A stretch of DNA of 64,000 bases, from assembly GCA_964399425.1 (NCBI GenBank), contig CAYNQR010000005.1, forward strand, positions 5,883 through 69,882. The letters are read 5' to 3'. The notes below the pieces were generated by a model, which saw only the letters and a list, made by a program, of their open reading frames with translations, did not search any database and was not told where the DNA came from. The stretch is from an uncultured Dehalococcoidales bacterium (GTDB lineage: Bacteria > Chloroflexota > Dehalococcoidia > Dehalococcoidales > UBA5627). Both the position numbers and the translations under genes were made by a program. This document shows positions 17,748 through 26,929 of the stretch, in pieces; position 1 is the first letter of the stretch; every line of letters starts with the position of its first letter.

Positions 17748-20432
17748 TTATAAATCCATCACCGCTTTCAATTCGTTATCGGATACATTTTCCAGGCGGA
17801 AACCAAGGTTGCGGACAAGATTTATCATCTTGATATTATCCTTGAGGATAATTCCGTATAAACCTTTAAGATTCTTTTCCCTTGCAATGCCGATCAGCAT
17901 ATCCGTCAATTTATGCCCCAGCCAGATATCCTGAAACTCATCGGCGATAACGGTGGCAAATTCCCCGAATTCCTTTCCGGATTCTATAATCAAGCGGCTC
18001 ACGCCTACCAGCCGCTTCTTGCCGGTTCCGTTATATTCAGCTACGATTGCTATCTCTCTATCGTAATCTATATTGCAAAAACGGCTCAGCATATCATGAG
18101 TAAATTCATTTATCGGATGGAAAAACCTGAAACTCTTGGATTGCGGAGATAATGAATCCAAAAGCGCATGTTCCAGCGGTTCGTCTTCCGGGCGAATAGG
18201 ACGCAGCAATACCTGTTTCCCGTCGTGACATGTCCATGTTTGGATATAGCGGGTCGGATAGGGAGAAATAATCAGGTGGGAAGATTCTGCCACTCCCTTC
18301 TTGATAACGTCCAAATCCAACACGATACGGGCATCCAGAGCTATTACCTTCCCTTCACTGATAACGAGCGGATTAATATCCAGTTCAGCAATTTCAGGGA
18401 AATCGACAATCATATTCGACACCCTTATCAGCGTTTCATCTATTAGGTGAAGGTCGACAGGCGGTTTGCTTCTGAAACCCTTGGATAATGCCGAGTATAT
18501 TTTGGTTCCCTCGACCAATCTTCTTGCCAGCACCTGGTTCAGGGGAGGCAGCCCGATTGAAATGTCTTTGTGATATTCCGCCTCGATGCCGCCCTGCCCG
18601 AATATTATTACCGGACCCAACGTCACATCTTTTTTACTGCCGATAATAAGCTCATAGTCATATTTACCGACCATTTTCTGTATAGTAACGCCGTCAATCT
18701 TAGCTTTAGGTGCGTTTTGTTTAACAGTTTCCATCATATTTGCATATGCCTGTTGAAGCTGCTGCGGGTTTTTAATATTTAAGGCAACGCCGCCGACATC
18801 GGATTTATGAGAAATGTCCGGGGATTGTATTTTCATAACTATCGGATAACCGACGGAATCCGCAGTGGCAATCGCCAGGTCGACATCCTTGGCAAAAAAC
18901 GGATAGCTCACCCCGATACGGTATGTATTGAGGAATTTCTTCGAATCCTCTTCGTTTAATAATGTTTCCCCTTTGTTTACGGCGTTATTTATAATCGTCT
19001 TCAAATGGTTTTTGGCAATACCGACGTCGAATGGAATGTCTTCAGGTATCTGATACAGACTTTCCAGGTTCTTAGCATATTTATACATATAAAGATAGGC
19101 TTCCATTGCTTCTTCGGGGAATTCATATGTCGGCACTTTATTGGCATAGAAAAGTTGTCTTGCTCCGGCGACGTCCTTGCTTCCCATCATTGTGGTAAGA
19201 ATAGGCTTGGTACTCTTTTTGGATATCTTTACAATACCTTTTGCCACGTCGGTAGCATTTGCTGCACCCTGCGGAGTATAAATAACGACGATACCGTTGA
19301 TACCCGGGTCCTTAAGTGCGACTTCTATGGCTTTGGTATAACGTTCGGCATCGGCATCCCCGAGTATATCTATCGGATTTGCCTTGCTCCAGAAAGGCGG
19401 TAAAACTTCATTCAGGGCATTAATTGTTTCCGGTGATAAAACGCTGAGTTTTCCGTCTTTAGCGATCAGGGCATCCGTTGCAAGAACGGAAGGCCCTCCT
19501 GCGTTGGTAATAATGGCAACATTTTGCTCTTTGGGAAGATGCGTGGAATCGAGTATCGACGCACAATTGAAAAGGTCGGCAACTTCATCTACGCGTACGA
19601 CGCCGGCACGATTGAAGACAGCATCGTAATATGCGTCGTCACCGACAAGTGCGCCGGTGTGGGATTTTGCCGCCTGAATACTCTCCTGGAATTTACCCGG
19701 TTTGATAACGATAATCGGTTTACTGCGGGCAAAACCGCGCGCAGCGCTCATAAAATTCTTGACGCTTGCCAAAGTATTGCCTATTGTTTCCATGTAAATA
19801 ATGATGCTCTTGGTTTCCGGGTCATCTCCGAAATAGTCTATAAGGTCTCCGAAATCGACGTCCATCATGCTTCCTATGGAAACGAAGGCGCTGAAACCGA
19901 TATCCCTGTTGATTGCCCAGTCGAGAACTGCAGCGCCCAGAGCTCCGCTCTGAGAAAGGAATGCTATATTCCCTGACTTTGTAATCTTGCGGGCAAAAGA
20001 ACCGCTGAAATCGGCACAGGGGCGCATAGAACCCAGACAGTTCGGCCCCATGAGGCGGATATTGTTTTTGCGACATATTTCCATTACCTTTTCAAGGCGT
20101 TCATTTCCAGCTTTTCCGGCTTCTTTAAATCCGGCGGAAATAATGGTAATCGCTTTGGTTCCGATTTCAGCGCAGCTTTCGACTATAGCAGGCACATTTT
20201 CCGCGGCAATGGTAATAATTACGAGTTCGGGGACTTCGGGGAGGCTGGCAAGGTTTGGATAACACTTTAAATCGAGCAGGGTTTCATATTTGGGATTGAT
20301 TGGATATACCTTGCGTTTGTCTTTGCCGATGATAAGGTTTTCCAACACAATATTTCCGATTGCTCCCGGCCGATTGGAAGCTCCTACCAGTGCAACGCTC
20401 TGCGGGTCGAAAAATGAATTGATTTTGTTCAT
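17748..20432 (-). CDS. NDP-forming acyl-CoA synthetase (fused alpha/beta) with C-terminal GNAT acetyltransferase domain (Pat-like architecture)
   Basis: N-terminal CoA-binding region PQSVALVGASNRPG, a SHTGAL His loop, an ATP-grasp region, and a C-terminal roughly 190-aa GNAT-like domain (IAIVAEY...GHKLTDMLIGIAREKNLKG). At 894 aa it is similar in size to Pat/YfiQ-type proteins. Confidence 0.75.
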   Translation of the reverse strand: MNKINSFFDPQSVALVGASNRPGAIGNIVLENLIIGKDKRKVYPINPKYETLLDLKCYPNLASLPEVPELVIITIAAENVPAIVESCAEIGTKAITIISAGFKEAGKAGNERLEKVMEICRKNNIRLMGPNCLGSMRPCADFSGSFARKITKSGNIAFLSQSGALGAAVLDWAINRDIGFSAFVSIGSMMDVDFGDLIDYFGDDPETKSIIIYMETIGNTLASVKNFMSAARGFARSKPIIVIKPGKFQESIQAAKSHTGALVGDDAYYDAVFNRAGVVRVDEVADLFNCASILDSTHLPKEQNVAIITNAGGPSVLATDALIAKDGKLSVLSPETINALNEVLPPFWSKANPIDILGDADAERYTKAIEVALKDPGINGIVVIYTPQGAANATDVAKGIVKISKKSTKPILTTMMGSKDVAGARQLFYANKVPTYEFPEEAMEAYLYMYKYAKNLESLYQIPEDIPFDVGIAKNHLKTIINNAVNKGETLLNEEDSKKFLNTYRIGVSYPFFAKDVDLAIATADSVGYPIVMKIQSPDISHKSDVGGVALNIKNPQQLQQAYANMMETVKQNAPKAKIDGVTIQKMVGKYDYELIIGSKKDVTLGPVIIFGQGGIEAEYHKDISIGLPPLNQVLARRLVEGTKIYSALSKGFRSKPPVDLHLIDETLIRVSNMIVDFPEIAELDINPLVISEGKVIALDARIVLDLDVIKKGVAESSHLIISPYPTRYIQTWTCHDGKQVLLRPIRPEDEPLEHALLDSLSPQSKSFRFFHPINEFTHDMLSRFCNIDYDREIAIVAEYNGTGKKRLVGVSRLIIESGKEFGEFATVIADEFQDIWLGHKLTDMLIGIAREKNLKGLYGIILKDNIKMINLVRNLGFRLENVSDNELKAVMDL

Positions 20433-20838
20433 AATTGCTGCCGTTGTTCTCCCCCTTTTTAATGATTTTAATCAATCTTTCAAAAAATATAGGTATATTT
20501 TTAAAGAAAAACCCCTATTGTCTAATATAATAATATAAATAGTAAAATTCTTCAATTTAAAGAATTAACAAATCTTTAAATTTTTTACATTAAACGGGAA
20601 ATATTCCCGTTAACAAAGCGACTTTTAAAAAAACATATAGAACAGCCTGGGAAGGGGGAGTGCAATATTTATATATTGAATAATATACATTACATAATGT
20701 TTTATTATATTAATCGGTGATTGTTATAGCAGCAGGAAAATTAATTCAACTATATCTATCTACTAAAATAGATGTCATAAATAGTCTATAATATTAATGA
20801 ATATGATTCTTTATATATAGGATTGAATTGAATGGAGG

Positions 20839-21654
20839 TTGGAATTGCCGAAGGCCGATATTAACGGAATCAATATAGATTATAAAATTGAGGGCAGCGG
20901 AGAACCTCTTGTTATGATAATGGGAGTAGCTTCAACTAGAAAAGCCTGGTTATTTCAAACGTCAGCTTTTAAAAAACACTTTCAGGTAGTTACTTTCGAT
21001 AACCGAGGATGCGGAGAATCCGACAAACCATCCGAACCTTATTCTATAAGGGATATGGCAGACGATACGGCAGGTTTGATGAACCATCTGGAGATTGATA
21101 GAGCGCATGTGCTCGGGGTATCTATGGGCGGGATGATAGCTCAGGAACTGGCGATTAAATATCCGGAAAAAATAAACAAACTGATACTGGGCTGCACTTT
21201 TGCCAAAAAAGCTGAACCCGGCGGTATTTCTACTGAACTGGCAAAAAAACTGGGTTATGAAGGCGATTACTCTTACAGCGATTTATTAAGCTTACCTGTC
21301 AAAGATATTATACTGGCGCTGGCGGAACTGGCTTTCAACAGAAAAATCAACAGGTTTTTTCTGTTACCGGTAATGAAATTCTGGATAAATAAAATGGATA
21401 TTTCAGGGATATCGAATCAGATAGAGGCAATATGGCAGCACGATACGCTGGAAAGATTGAAATTTATTAAATCTCATGTGCTTGTGATAACCGGCAGCGA
21501 TGACAGGGTAATCAATCCGCTATCTTCAGAAGTTATAGCCGAACAGATACCGGCTTCCAGGTTGGTGAAATACGCTGGAGGTTCACATGCATTCTTTGTT
21601 GAAATGAGGAAACGTTTTAACAAAGAAGTAATCGCTTTTTTTAAAAACGAATAG
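20839..21654 (+). CDS. alpha/beta-fold hydrolase
   Basis: GVSMGG nucleophile elbow and a typical N-terminal strand pattern (PLVMIMG, FDNRGCGES). The true start may be TTG 20845, which is better spaced from GGAGG. Confidence 0.75.
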   Translation: MELPKADINGINIDYKIEGSGEPLVMIMGVASTRKAWLFQTSAFKKHFQVVTFDNRGCGESDKPSEPYSIRDMADDTAGLMNHLEIDRAHVLGVSMGGMIAQELAIKYPEKINKLILGCTFAKKAEPGGISTELAKKLGYEGDYSYSDLLSLPVKDIILALAELAFNRKINRFFLLPVMKFWINKMDISGISNQIEAIWQHDTLERLKFIKSHVLVITGSDDRVINPLSSEVIAEQIPASRLVKYAGGSHAFFVEMRKRFNKEVIAFFKNE

Positions 21655-21690
21655 CGAAATAGAACAGGTGTTACCGTTTACCGGGTTTTA

Positions 21691-22272
21691 CTATTTCAGT
21701 AAAGGACATTTACACCTGATACAATAATCTTCTTTAATATCATTAAAGTGTCTACAGGCTACGCATAAAATCTCAGAATCCCGGCTTTTATCGTATTTTT
21801 CATAATAAAACAAACCTTTGTGATGCCGCACACGGTCGCCAATTTCGTAATAATTAAATATATGCGGGTAGTCCGTCCATTTGATGGTTTTTATAATTCC
21901 CGAATCCTTTTCTATTTTCATAACATACTGCGTCCGGTATTCATTACCGGAATGTTTGTTATAGAAATGTTTATCGATTACTACTCCATCCCAGGTTTTA
22001 TCCATTTTTCTTTTTATGGTTTGCAGTGCTGCAATTGTAATAAACATGCCACCTATTCCCATGCCGTAAAAAAGAGACTCAGGCCAATCCAGTTCGCCTG
22101 TAGAATGACCGTAAATCGGAAAGCTGATAACGGCTATAATGAACAGAATAAAAGAAAAAAGGAATGACCAGGCTATGGAATCCTTTTTGTATTTGGAATA
22201 GGAGGAGTCGGATATCTTTCGTGAAAAACTCATAAATTTAACCTTAGTTAACCGGTGGAGTAATTCTACCAT
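21691..22272 (-). CDS. hypothetical membrane protein with C-terminal zinc ribbon
   Basis: Two hydrophobic segments followed by a soluble domain ending in CVACRHF...CIRCKC. No family recognised. Confidence 0.5.
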   Translation of the reverse strand: MVELLHRLTKVKFMSFSRKISDSSYSKYKKDSIAWSFLFSFILFIIAVISFPIYGHSTGELDWPESLFYGMGIGGMFITIAALQTIKRKMDKTWDGVVIDKHFYNKHSGNEYRTQYVMKIEKDSGIIKTIKWTDYPHIFNYYEIGDRVRHHKGLFYYEKYDKSRDSEILCVACRHFNDIKEDYCIRCKCPLLK

Positions 22273-22720
22273 ATAAATGCGATTATAAAAATGGAACTGC
22301 TACCAAATACCTATTTTGTAGCAGTTCTGCGGAAAGGGGCTGAATCAGGTTATTGCTTTATGGATAACCTGTTTATGATGGGAGTTCAGCAAAGCCGGTA
22401 GATTGCGATTGATGATTTCGTCAGCATATTTTATGAAGAGCTCTAGGCTATTCTGGTCAGAAGTATTCACTTACAGCCTCTCCTAACCATTTCATTACTT
22501 TGGCGTCTTCCTTTTCAGCCGTTGCCGACCTTCAATTTATCAGAATCAGATTTATAGTCGCGTAGTATACTAAAAATCCGAAGGGCAGAGTTTAACAAAC
22601 CGAGCCCGTTGATTAATAAATAGCAGTAATATGGTACGGCATGGATATGAAAACGTGATTGTCCGGATCTGGAGTCTGTCGAATTGAGAAAGACATACAG
22701 GTTGAGCATATACACCTGTT

Positions 22721-22736
22721 GATGGGATATCCCATC
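22721..22736. promoter_or_regulatory. perfect 16-bp palindrome (operator-like)
   Basis: GATGGGATATCCCATC is its own reverse complement. It lies in a gene-poor stretch. Confidence 0.2.
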
Positions 22737-22967
22737 CCAAACAGGGCAGTAGGTGATATAAAATATGAAAGGGTGATAAAGCGGTACATTACGAGTAAGA
22801 CAAGAGAAAGGTTTATTGGAAAGAGGCAGCGCATTGTTTATCGGCTTTGCTTATTGTTATCGATGCAAGTTTTCTTTTTAAGAAAAAAATTAGTTGCAGT
22901 TAATGACACATAAGGTTTATTAAGAACAAATAAGAGGCATTAATTTTCCACTAATGAATATTAATAA

Positions 22968-23037
22968 CCGATAAGGGCTTTTTAGATGCCGATAAGAAAT
23001 TTTATGAAACATCAATTGGCGGCTAAGTACAGATAAG
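22968..23037 (+). repeat. phased GATAAG direct repeats upstream of a small RHH-like ORF
   Basis: CCGATAAG at 22968-22975 and 22989-22996 (21-nt spacing). A third GATAAG at 23032-23037 is about 41 nt further on. The repeats end about 40-50 nt before the ORF at 23076. Confidence 0.3.
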
Positions 23038-23075
23038 CGACATACCAAAGCTATTCCACAACTGTCCACAAGTTT

Positions 23076-23375
23076 TTGAGGGAAATTATGAGCATATTAA
23101 ACCGGTTATTTAGGCGGTTCAATAAAAAATCATCCCCGTCTGCCCCAGAAGGGATGTATAAACACTTCCGAAGGCCTAGAGGCTCAGTAAAAAGGAACCA
23201 TTATTTCAAGGGTTCAAAAGAAATACATACTGCCTTAAAAAAATTCGCTGAGAATCGAAGAATGTCTATCTCTGATGCTACCGAATATCTAATAAGGCTG
23301 GAAACGAAATGTCATTACAAAAATCATCAAGCATTGTTAAAAAAATACAACAATATTCGGAGAATTAAATTCTAA
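23076..23375 (+). CDS. small basic protein, possible ribbon-helix-helix DNA-binding protein
   Basis: The C-terminal half has a strand-helix-helix pattern (RNHYFKGSKEIHTALKKFAENRRMSISDATEYLIRL). Coding status is uncertain. The start could be the ATG at 23088. Confidence 0.3.
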   Translation: MREIMSILNRLFRRFNKKSSPSAPEGMYKHFRRPRGSVKRNHYFKGSKEIHTALKKFAENRRMSISDATEYLIRLETKCHYKNHQALLKKYNNIRRIKF

Positions 23376-23656
23376 TACAGTTATTTACCGTTTAAATAGT
23401 CTTGGCAGCAACTATAAAGCTTTCAAACATTAAGCTGAAGTGCAACGGGATAACATTCTGACGGAAAGTGCAAAACACTGAGAATTGATGCCCATAATAT
23501 AAAGTGTAGTTCACGACACGCCGTTTAGTATCTCCGATATCGAGCAATATTATCGGGTATATCCCTGAGTTGTATAAGATGATATCCCTTCTTCCATGTA
23601 TAATACAACTGTTCGCCTAAGGCATGGAGTTTATAGCTAAAATATTGTTTAACCTG

Positions 23657-24355
23657 CTAACATTCAACAACCCCCCCTATCACAACACTGCAGCTTGCAA
23701 CTTTATCATCGTGATGTGGTTTGAATTTAAATTGATATGTTCTGATAGATTGGGGATCAATTCCCTCTATCAAAGCTACATTAGTACCGATTATTTCTTT
23801 TCTATAATCGTAAAATGTAGCTACAATTGCCGTATCTGTCTTGATATCGCTTATATTTTTAACAGATCCGGTTACTTCCTCTTCTCCGAACTCGTTAGTT
23901 TTCGTGAAGTTTCTTCTGAATTGAACCCTTTCAATGTCCGCCGTAATTACCCGTAATACTTTAATTGCGTAACTTTTTACCATATCGTGTAAACTTGCAT
24001 TTGAAGCACGTATAACAACACCACGGCTTACACCCGGTTTTAACTCAACTTCTATATGTTCAACTTTATCCAGAATGTTGCCTTCCTCGTCATAAAATGT
24101 AGCCTCAAGTAATACAGTGGCAATTGTTGAATCCGTAATATTTCTTATAGCAGTATCAATACTAGGTGGTTTCCCCGAATCTTTCGCTAACGGAGAGAAT
24201 TCAATAAGACTGTGTTTTAGAATAATAACCTGATCAGAATCAGTGATACACGGAACATTAGTTTCCATTCCAACAATCCCACCGGCATCCCCCGGTTTTT
24301 CTTCCAACTCGCTCTTATTTACATTTAGCAGCTTTTTATCTTCTTTTGTGGACAA
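23657..24355 (-). CDS. hypothetical protein with two tandem FxLYD-like beta-sandwich repeats
   Basis: Two internal repeats: IRNITDSTIATVLLEATFYDEEGNIL... and VKNISDIKTDTAIVATFYDYRKEIIG... No signal peptide or TM. Confidence 0.55.
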   Translation of the reverse strand: MSTKEDKKLLNVNKSELEEKPGDAGGIVGMETNVPCITDSDQVIILKHSLIEFSPLAKDSGKPPSIDTAIRNITDSTIATVLLEATFYDEEGNILDKVEHIEVELKPGVSRGVVIRASNASLHDMVKSYAIKVLRVITADIERVQFRRNFTKTNEFGEEEVTGSVKNISDIKTDTAIVATFYDYRKEIIGTNVALIEGIDPQSIRTYQFKFKPHHDDKVASCSVVIGGVVEC

Positions 24356-24457
24356 TTAAATTACCTCCTGTTTATTTTTAATATTGCCTGGTAAAAGTTG
24401 GCCGTTCCGAACAAATGTTAATTGATGACTGAAACGGTTTTCGGTTTTTGCTACTTT

Positions 24458-25096
24458 TTATCCTTGCCTTCCCGATTTTCGAACTTCTCTGGGCTGACTT
24501 TTACCCAGGGTCATATTTACGATCCAGCGCCAGTGCTGGATAACATGTATTATAATTATTGCCAGCATTAATATAGCTACCCAGGCATGAATGTCCAGCC
24601 ACTCGTTCCTCTGCAACCCCCAGAAAGTGCGGCCGATTCCGGATACCATATTATTGTAGTCCAACATCCCCCTCGGTAAAACAAGCCAGATAACACAGCC
24701 TGACAACACCTGAAAAGCAGTCATGATGAACAATACAAAGTTAGTAATATAGCGTTCCAGTATTGCTTTTTGACGTGTTGCAAAGTAGTCTTTAACCTTT
24801 ATAGCAGTCTCAACAATCCACCGCCAGTTAGTTGCCATATGCAAGAAAACAATAAATATAGCCGCAACTGATAACCATGAGTGAATATCAACCCACATAT
24901 ATCGTGGTAATTGAAATATCCTCAAGTAGTTACCTGCCTGTCCTAAACCCAATTGTAGACAATGATAACCTCCATGTTCGCCAACACCCCTTGGTATAAC
25001 AAACCAAAGTATATAACTTGATATGATGACAGCTATAAATATGCATATCAGAAGCAAGACAATTGCATAATTACCATAATTTCTATACTTCACCAT
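24458..25096 (-). CDS. DUF4405-like integral membrane protein (internally duplicated, conserved His pairs)
   Basis: Two homologous halves, each with (V/L)(I/L)PRG, W(V/L)DIH(S/A)W and H..(T/Q)(N/H)WRWIV. Four or more TM segments. The start lies 3 nt after the stop of the upstream radical SAM gene. Confidence 0.65.
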   Translation of the reverse strand: MVKYRNYGNYAIVLLLICIFIAVIISSYILWFVIPRGVGEHGGYHCLQLGLGQAGNYLRIFQLPRYMWVDIHSWLSVAAIFIVFLHMATNWRWIVETAIKVKDYFATRQKAILERYITNFVLFIMTAFQVLSGCVIWLVLPRGMLDYNNMVSGIGRTFWGLQRNEWLDIHAWVAILMLAIIIIHVIQHWRWIVNMTLGKSQPREVRKSGRQG

Positions 25097-25099
25097 TCA

Positions 25100-26788
25100 T
25101 CAACCGAATGCCAGCTTCTGTCTTATGTTTTTATAATATCCATATTCATCAAAACATTCTTCAGAAGATTGCATTAGAGATTCAATGGCTGTGATCAGAG
25201 ACGACAATCTGGCATTCCTTTCAGTTTCATCAGCTATATCCATGATATTATCCACTTCATCAGCAGCTATCCTTTCAAGCTTGGTTTGAATCCGGTCAGC
25301 GATTGCCAGGCTATCATGATAATATATCCTGTATTTCTCTGATTCATTGATAGAATAATGCAAAGATTCAAATATAAGCTCTATCAGCCCCTTTTTATCA
25401 AGCAAATCCGTTTCATGGTTGAGCCACTGATGCCATGATGGTTTGGACAAGGCATTTATATACTCCTCAAGATCCCTGAAGAGAAGTTTATAACCATGCT
25501 TTTCAGGTTGATCAAAAGCCAAGGATCCGGGGTCTATAATTATCGGGCCGACAATTGGAGTAGGGACATAGTGCTCAATATACTTGAAACTCTTTTTTTG
25601 AATAGCAACATGGTCAAGCATACAAAGCTCATCCCAGAGTTCCCATGTTTTTTTAATAGTAGTTGAGTCTTCACCAGCCAACCCTACTGAAAAGAAAACT
25701 GTTACCGGAATATGGTATTTATGACAAAGTTTGACTGTATCCAGCAGTTCTTCGGTTGTATAATTTCTTCCTTGCCTTTTTCGTACAGAACAAGAACCTG
25801 AATCCGGACAGATATATAGAAGCACCTTTCGGCCAATAGCCGCTACTTCTTTGATAAAGCTCTCGCCGGCGGGTGCAAGGAGATCAATTGACAATTGAAC
25901 ATCCTCTGGTATTTCCCGGTGAAGTATGGCCATTAATTCCCTCCAGTAACTTTCACCGCCCATGCGCGGGTCTTGGTAAAGCCCAATAAATTTAATGCCC
26001 TGTTGACGGAGTTGCCGTATGTCATCAGCAATTTTAACAGGGCTTCTAAAAGAAGGCCTGAGCATCCCCATGTATTTTTTGTAACTGTAGGACGATGCTC
26101 CACAGGTAGTACAGTTATAAATACAACCTCGACAGACAACCAGACTTCCATGCGGCTCCTTATCCTCAGTAAATATGGAGGTTTTAGGTTCTAATAAATC
26201 GAAACGGGTGAAGTTAAACTCATCGAGATCGCAAGATGTTTCCATAAGAGGAGTTACCTTTATTTCTCCACTCTGCAAACGATAAGTTAGATTAGGAGTA
26301 TTTCCAATCCTGTTGTTTCTTTTTAAATCTTTAATGAAATGCAGTAGCGGTTTTTCCGCTTCTCCTCTGATCACTGCATCCACAAAGTTATATTTAGCTA
26401 TTATTTCCTGGTGGAAATAGGTAGCCGTAAGCCCTCCTAATATAATCAGTGAATCAGGATGCAACTCTTTACATAGTCTCGCAACTTCAATAGCACCCTG
26501 AGCATGGTGATGCCAATGCAGATCAATACCAAATATCTTGGCCGAGAGATTTTTCAGATGTTTTTTGACGTCAAATTCGGCATCGGCAGTCATCCGGTCG
26601 GCCAGATTATCGATTATGACCTTGTAACCAAAAGAATCGAGATAATTAGCAATGCTAATCATACCTATCGGAACTTTAACAAACTGGATACGTTCCACTG
26701 TAGAACCGAGAGGACCCGGAAACAGAGGTTTTTTGCGAAAATCAAAGATTGCCGGAGGATGAATTAGTATAATATCGTAATCTGTCAT
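25100..26788 (-). CDS. B12-binding-domain radical SAM protein (class B type), paralogue 2
   Basis: N-terminal Rossmann-like YDIILIHPPA...PIGMISIANYL, a radical SAM motif C-IYN-C-TT-C with an extra upstream Cys, and a long C-terminal domain. Aligns over most of its length with the ORF at 26930..28489. Confidence 0.75.
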   Translation of the reverse strand: MTDYDIILIHPPAIFDFRKKPLFPGPLGSTVERIQFVKVPIGMISIANYLDSFGYKVIIDNLADRMTADAEFDVKKHLKNLSAKIFGIDLHWHHHAQGAIEVARLCKELHPDSLIILGGLTATYFHQEIIAKYNFVDAVIRGEAEKPLLHFIKDLKRNNRIGNTPNLTYRLQSGEIKVTPLMETSCDLDEFNFTRFDLLEPKTSIFTEDKEPHGSLVVCRGCIYNCTTCGASSYSYKKYMGMLRPSFRSPVKIADDIRQLRQQGIKFIGLYQDPRMGGESYWRELMAILHREIPEDVQLSIDLLAPAGESFIKEVAAIGRKVLLYICPDSGSCSVRKRQGRNYTTEELLDTVKLCHKYHIPVTVFFSVGLAGEDSTTIKKTWELWDELCMLDHVAIQKKSFKYIEHYVPTPIVGPIIIDPGSLAFDQPEKHGYKLLFRDLEEYINALSKPSWHQWLNHETDLLDKKGLIELIFESLHYSINESEKYRIYYHDSLAIADRIQTKLERIAADEVDNIMDIADETERNARLSSLITAIESLMQSSEECFDEYGYYKNIRQKLAFG

Positions 26789-26929
26789 GGTCGGGTTTCA
26801 GTCTCTCTTCACATTTAAATTTATTAAGATGAAATTGCTGTATCAGTCATATACAGCTTCATTCTATGCCTGTAATAAGTGAGTATTTATCATGTGCAGA
26901 ATGATGAAGATGGAGAAACCTTAATTTTA

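Noticed and set aside
22380-22520. Reverse-strand protein-like fragment (VNTSDQNSLELFIKYADEIINRNLPALLNSHHKQVIHKAIT) as a pseudogene
   Set aside because: Only about 43 codons, bounded by stops, with no recognisable family. The evidence is insufficient to call a gene or pseudogene, so it is mentioned only within the gene-poor-region finding.
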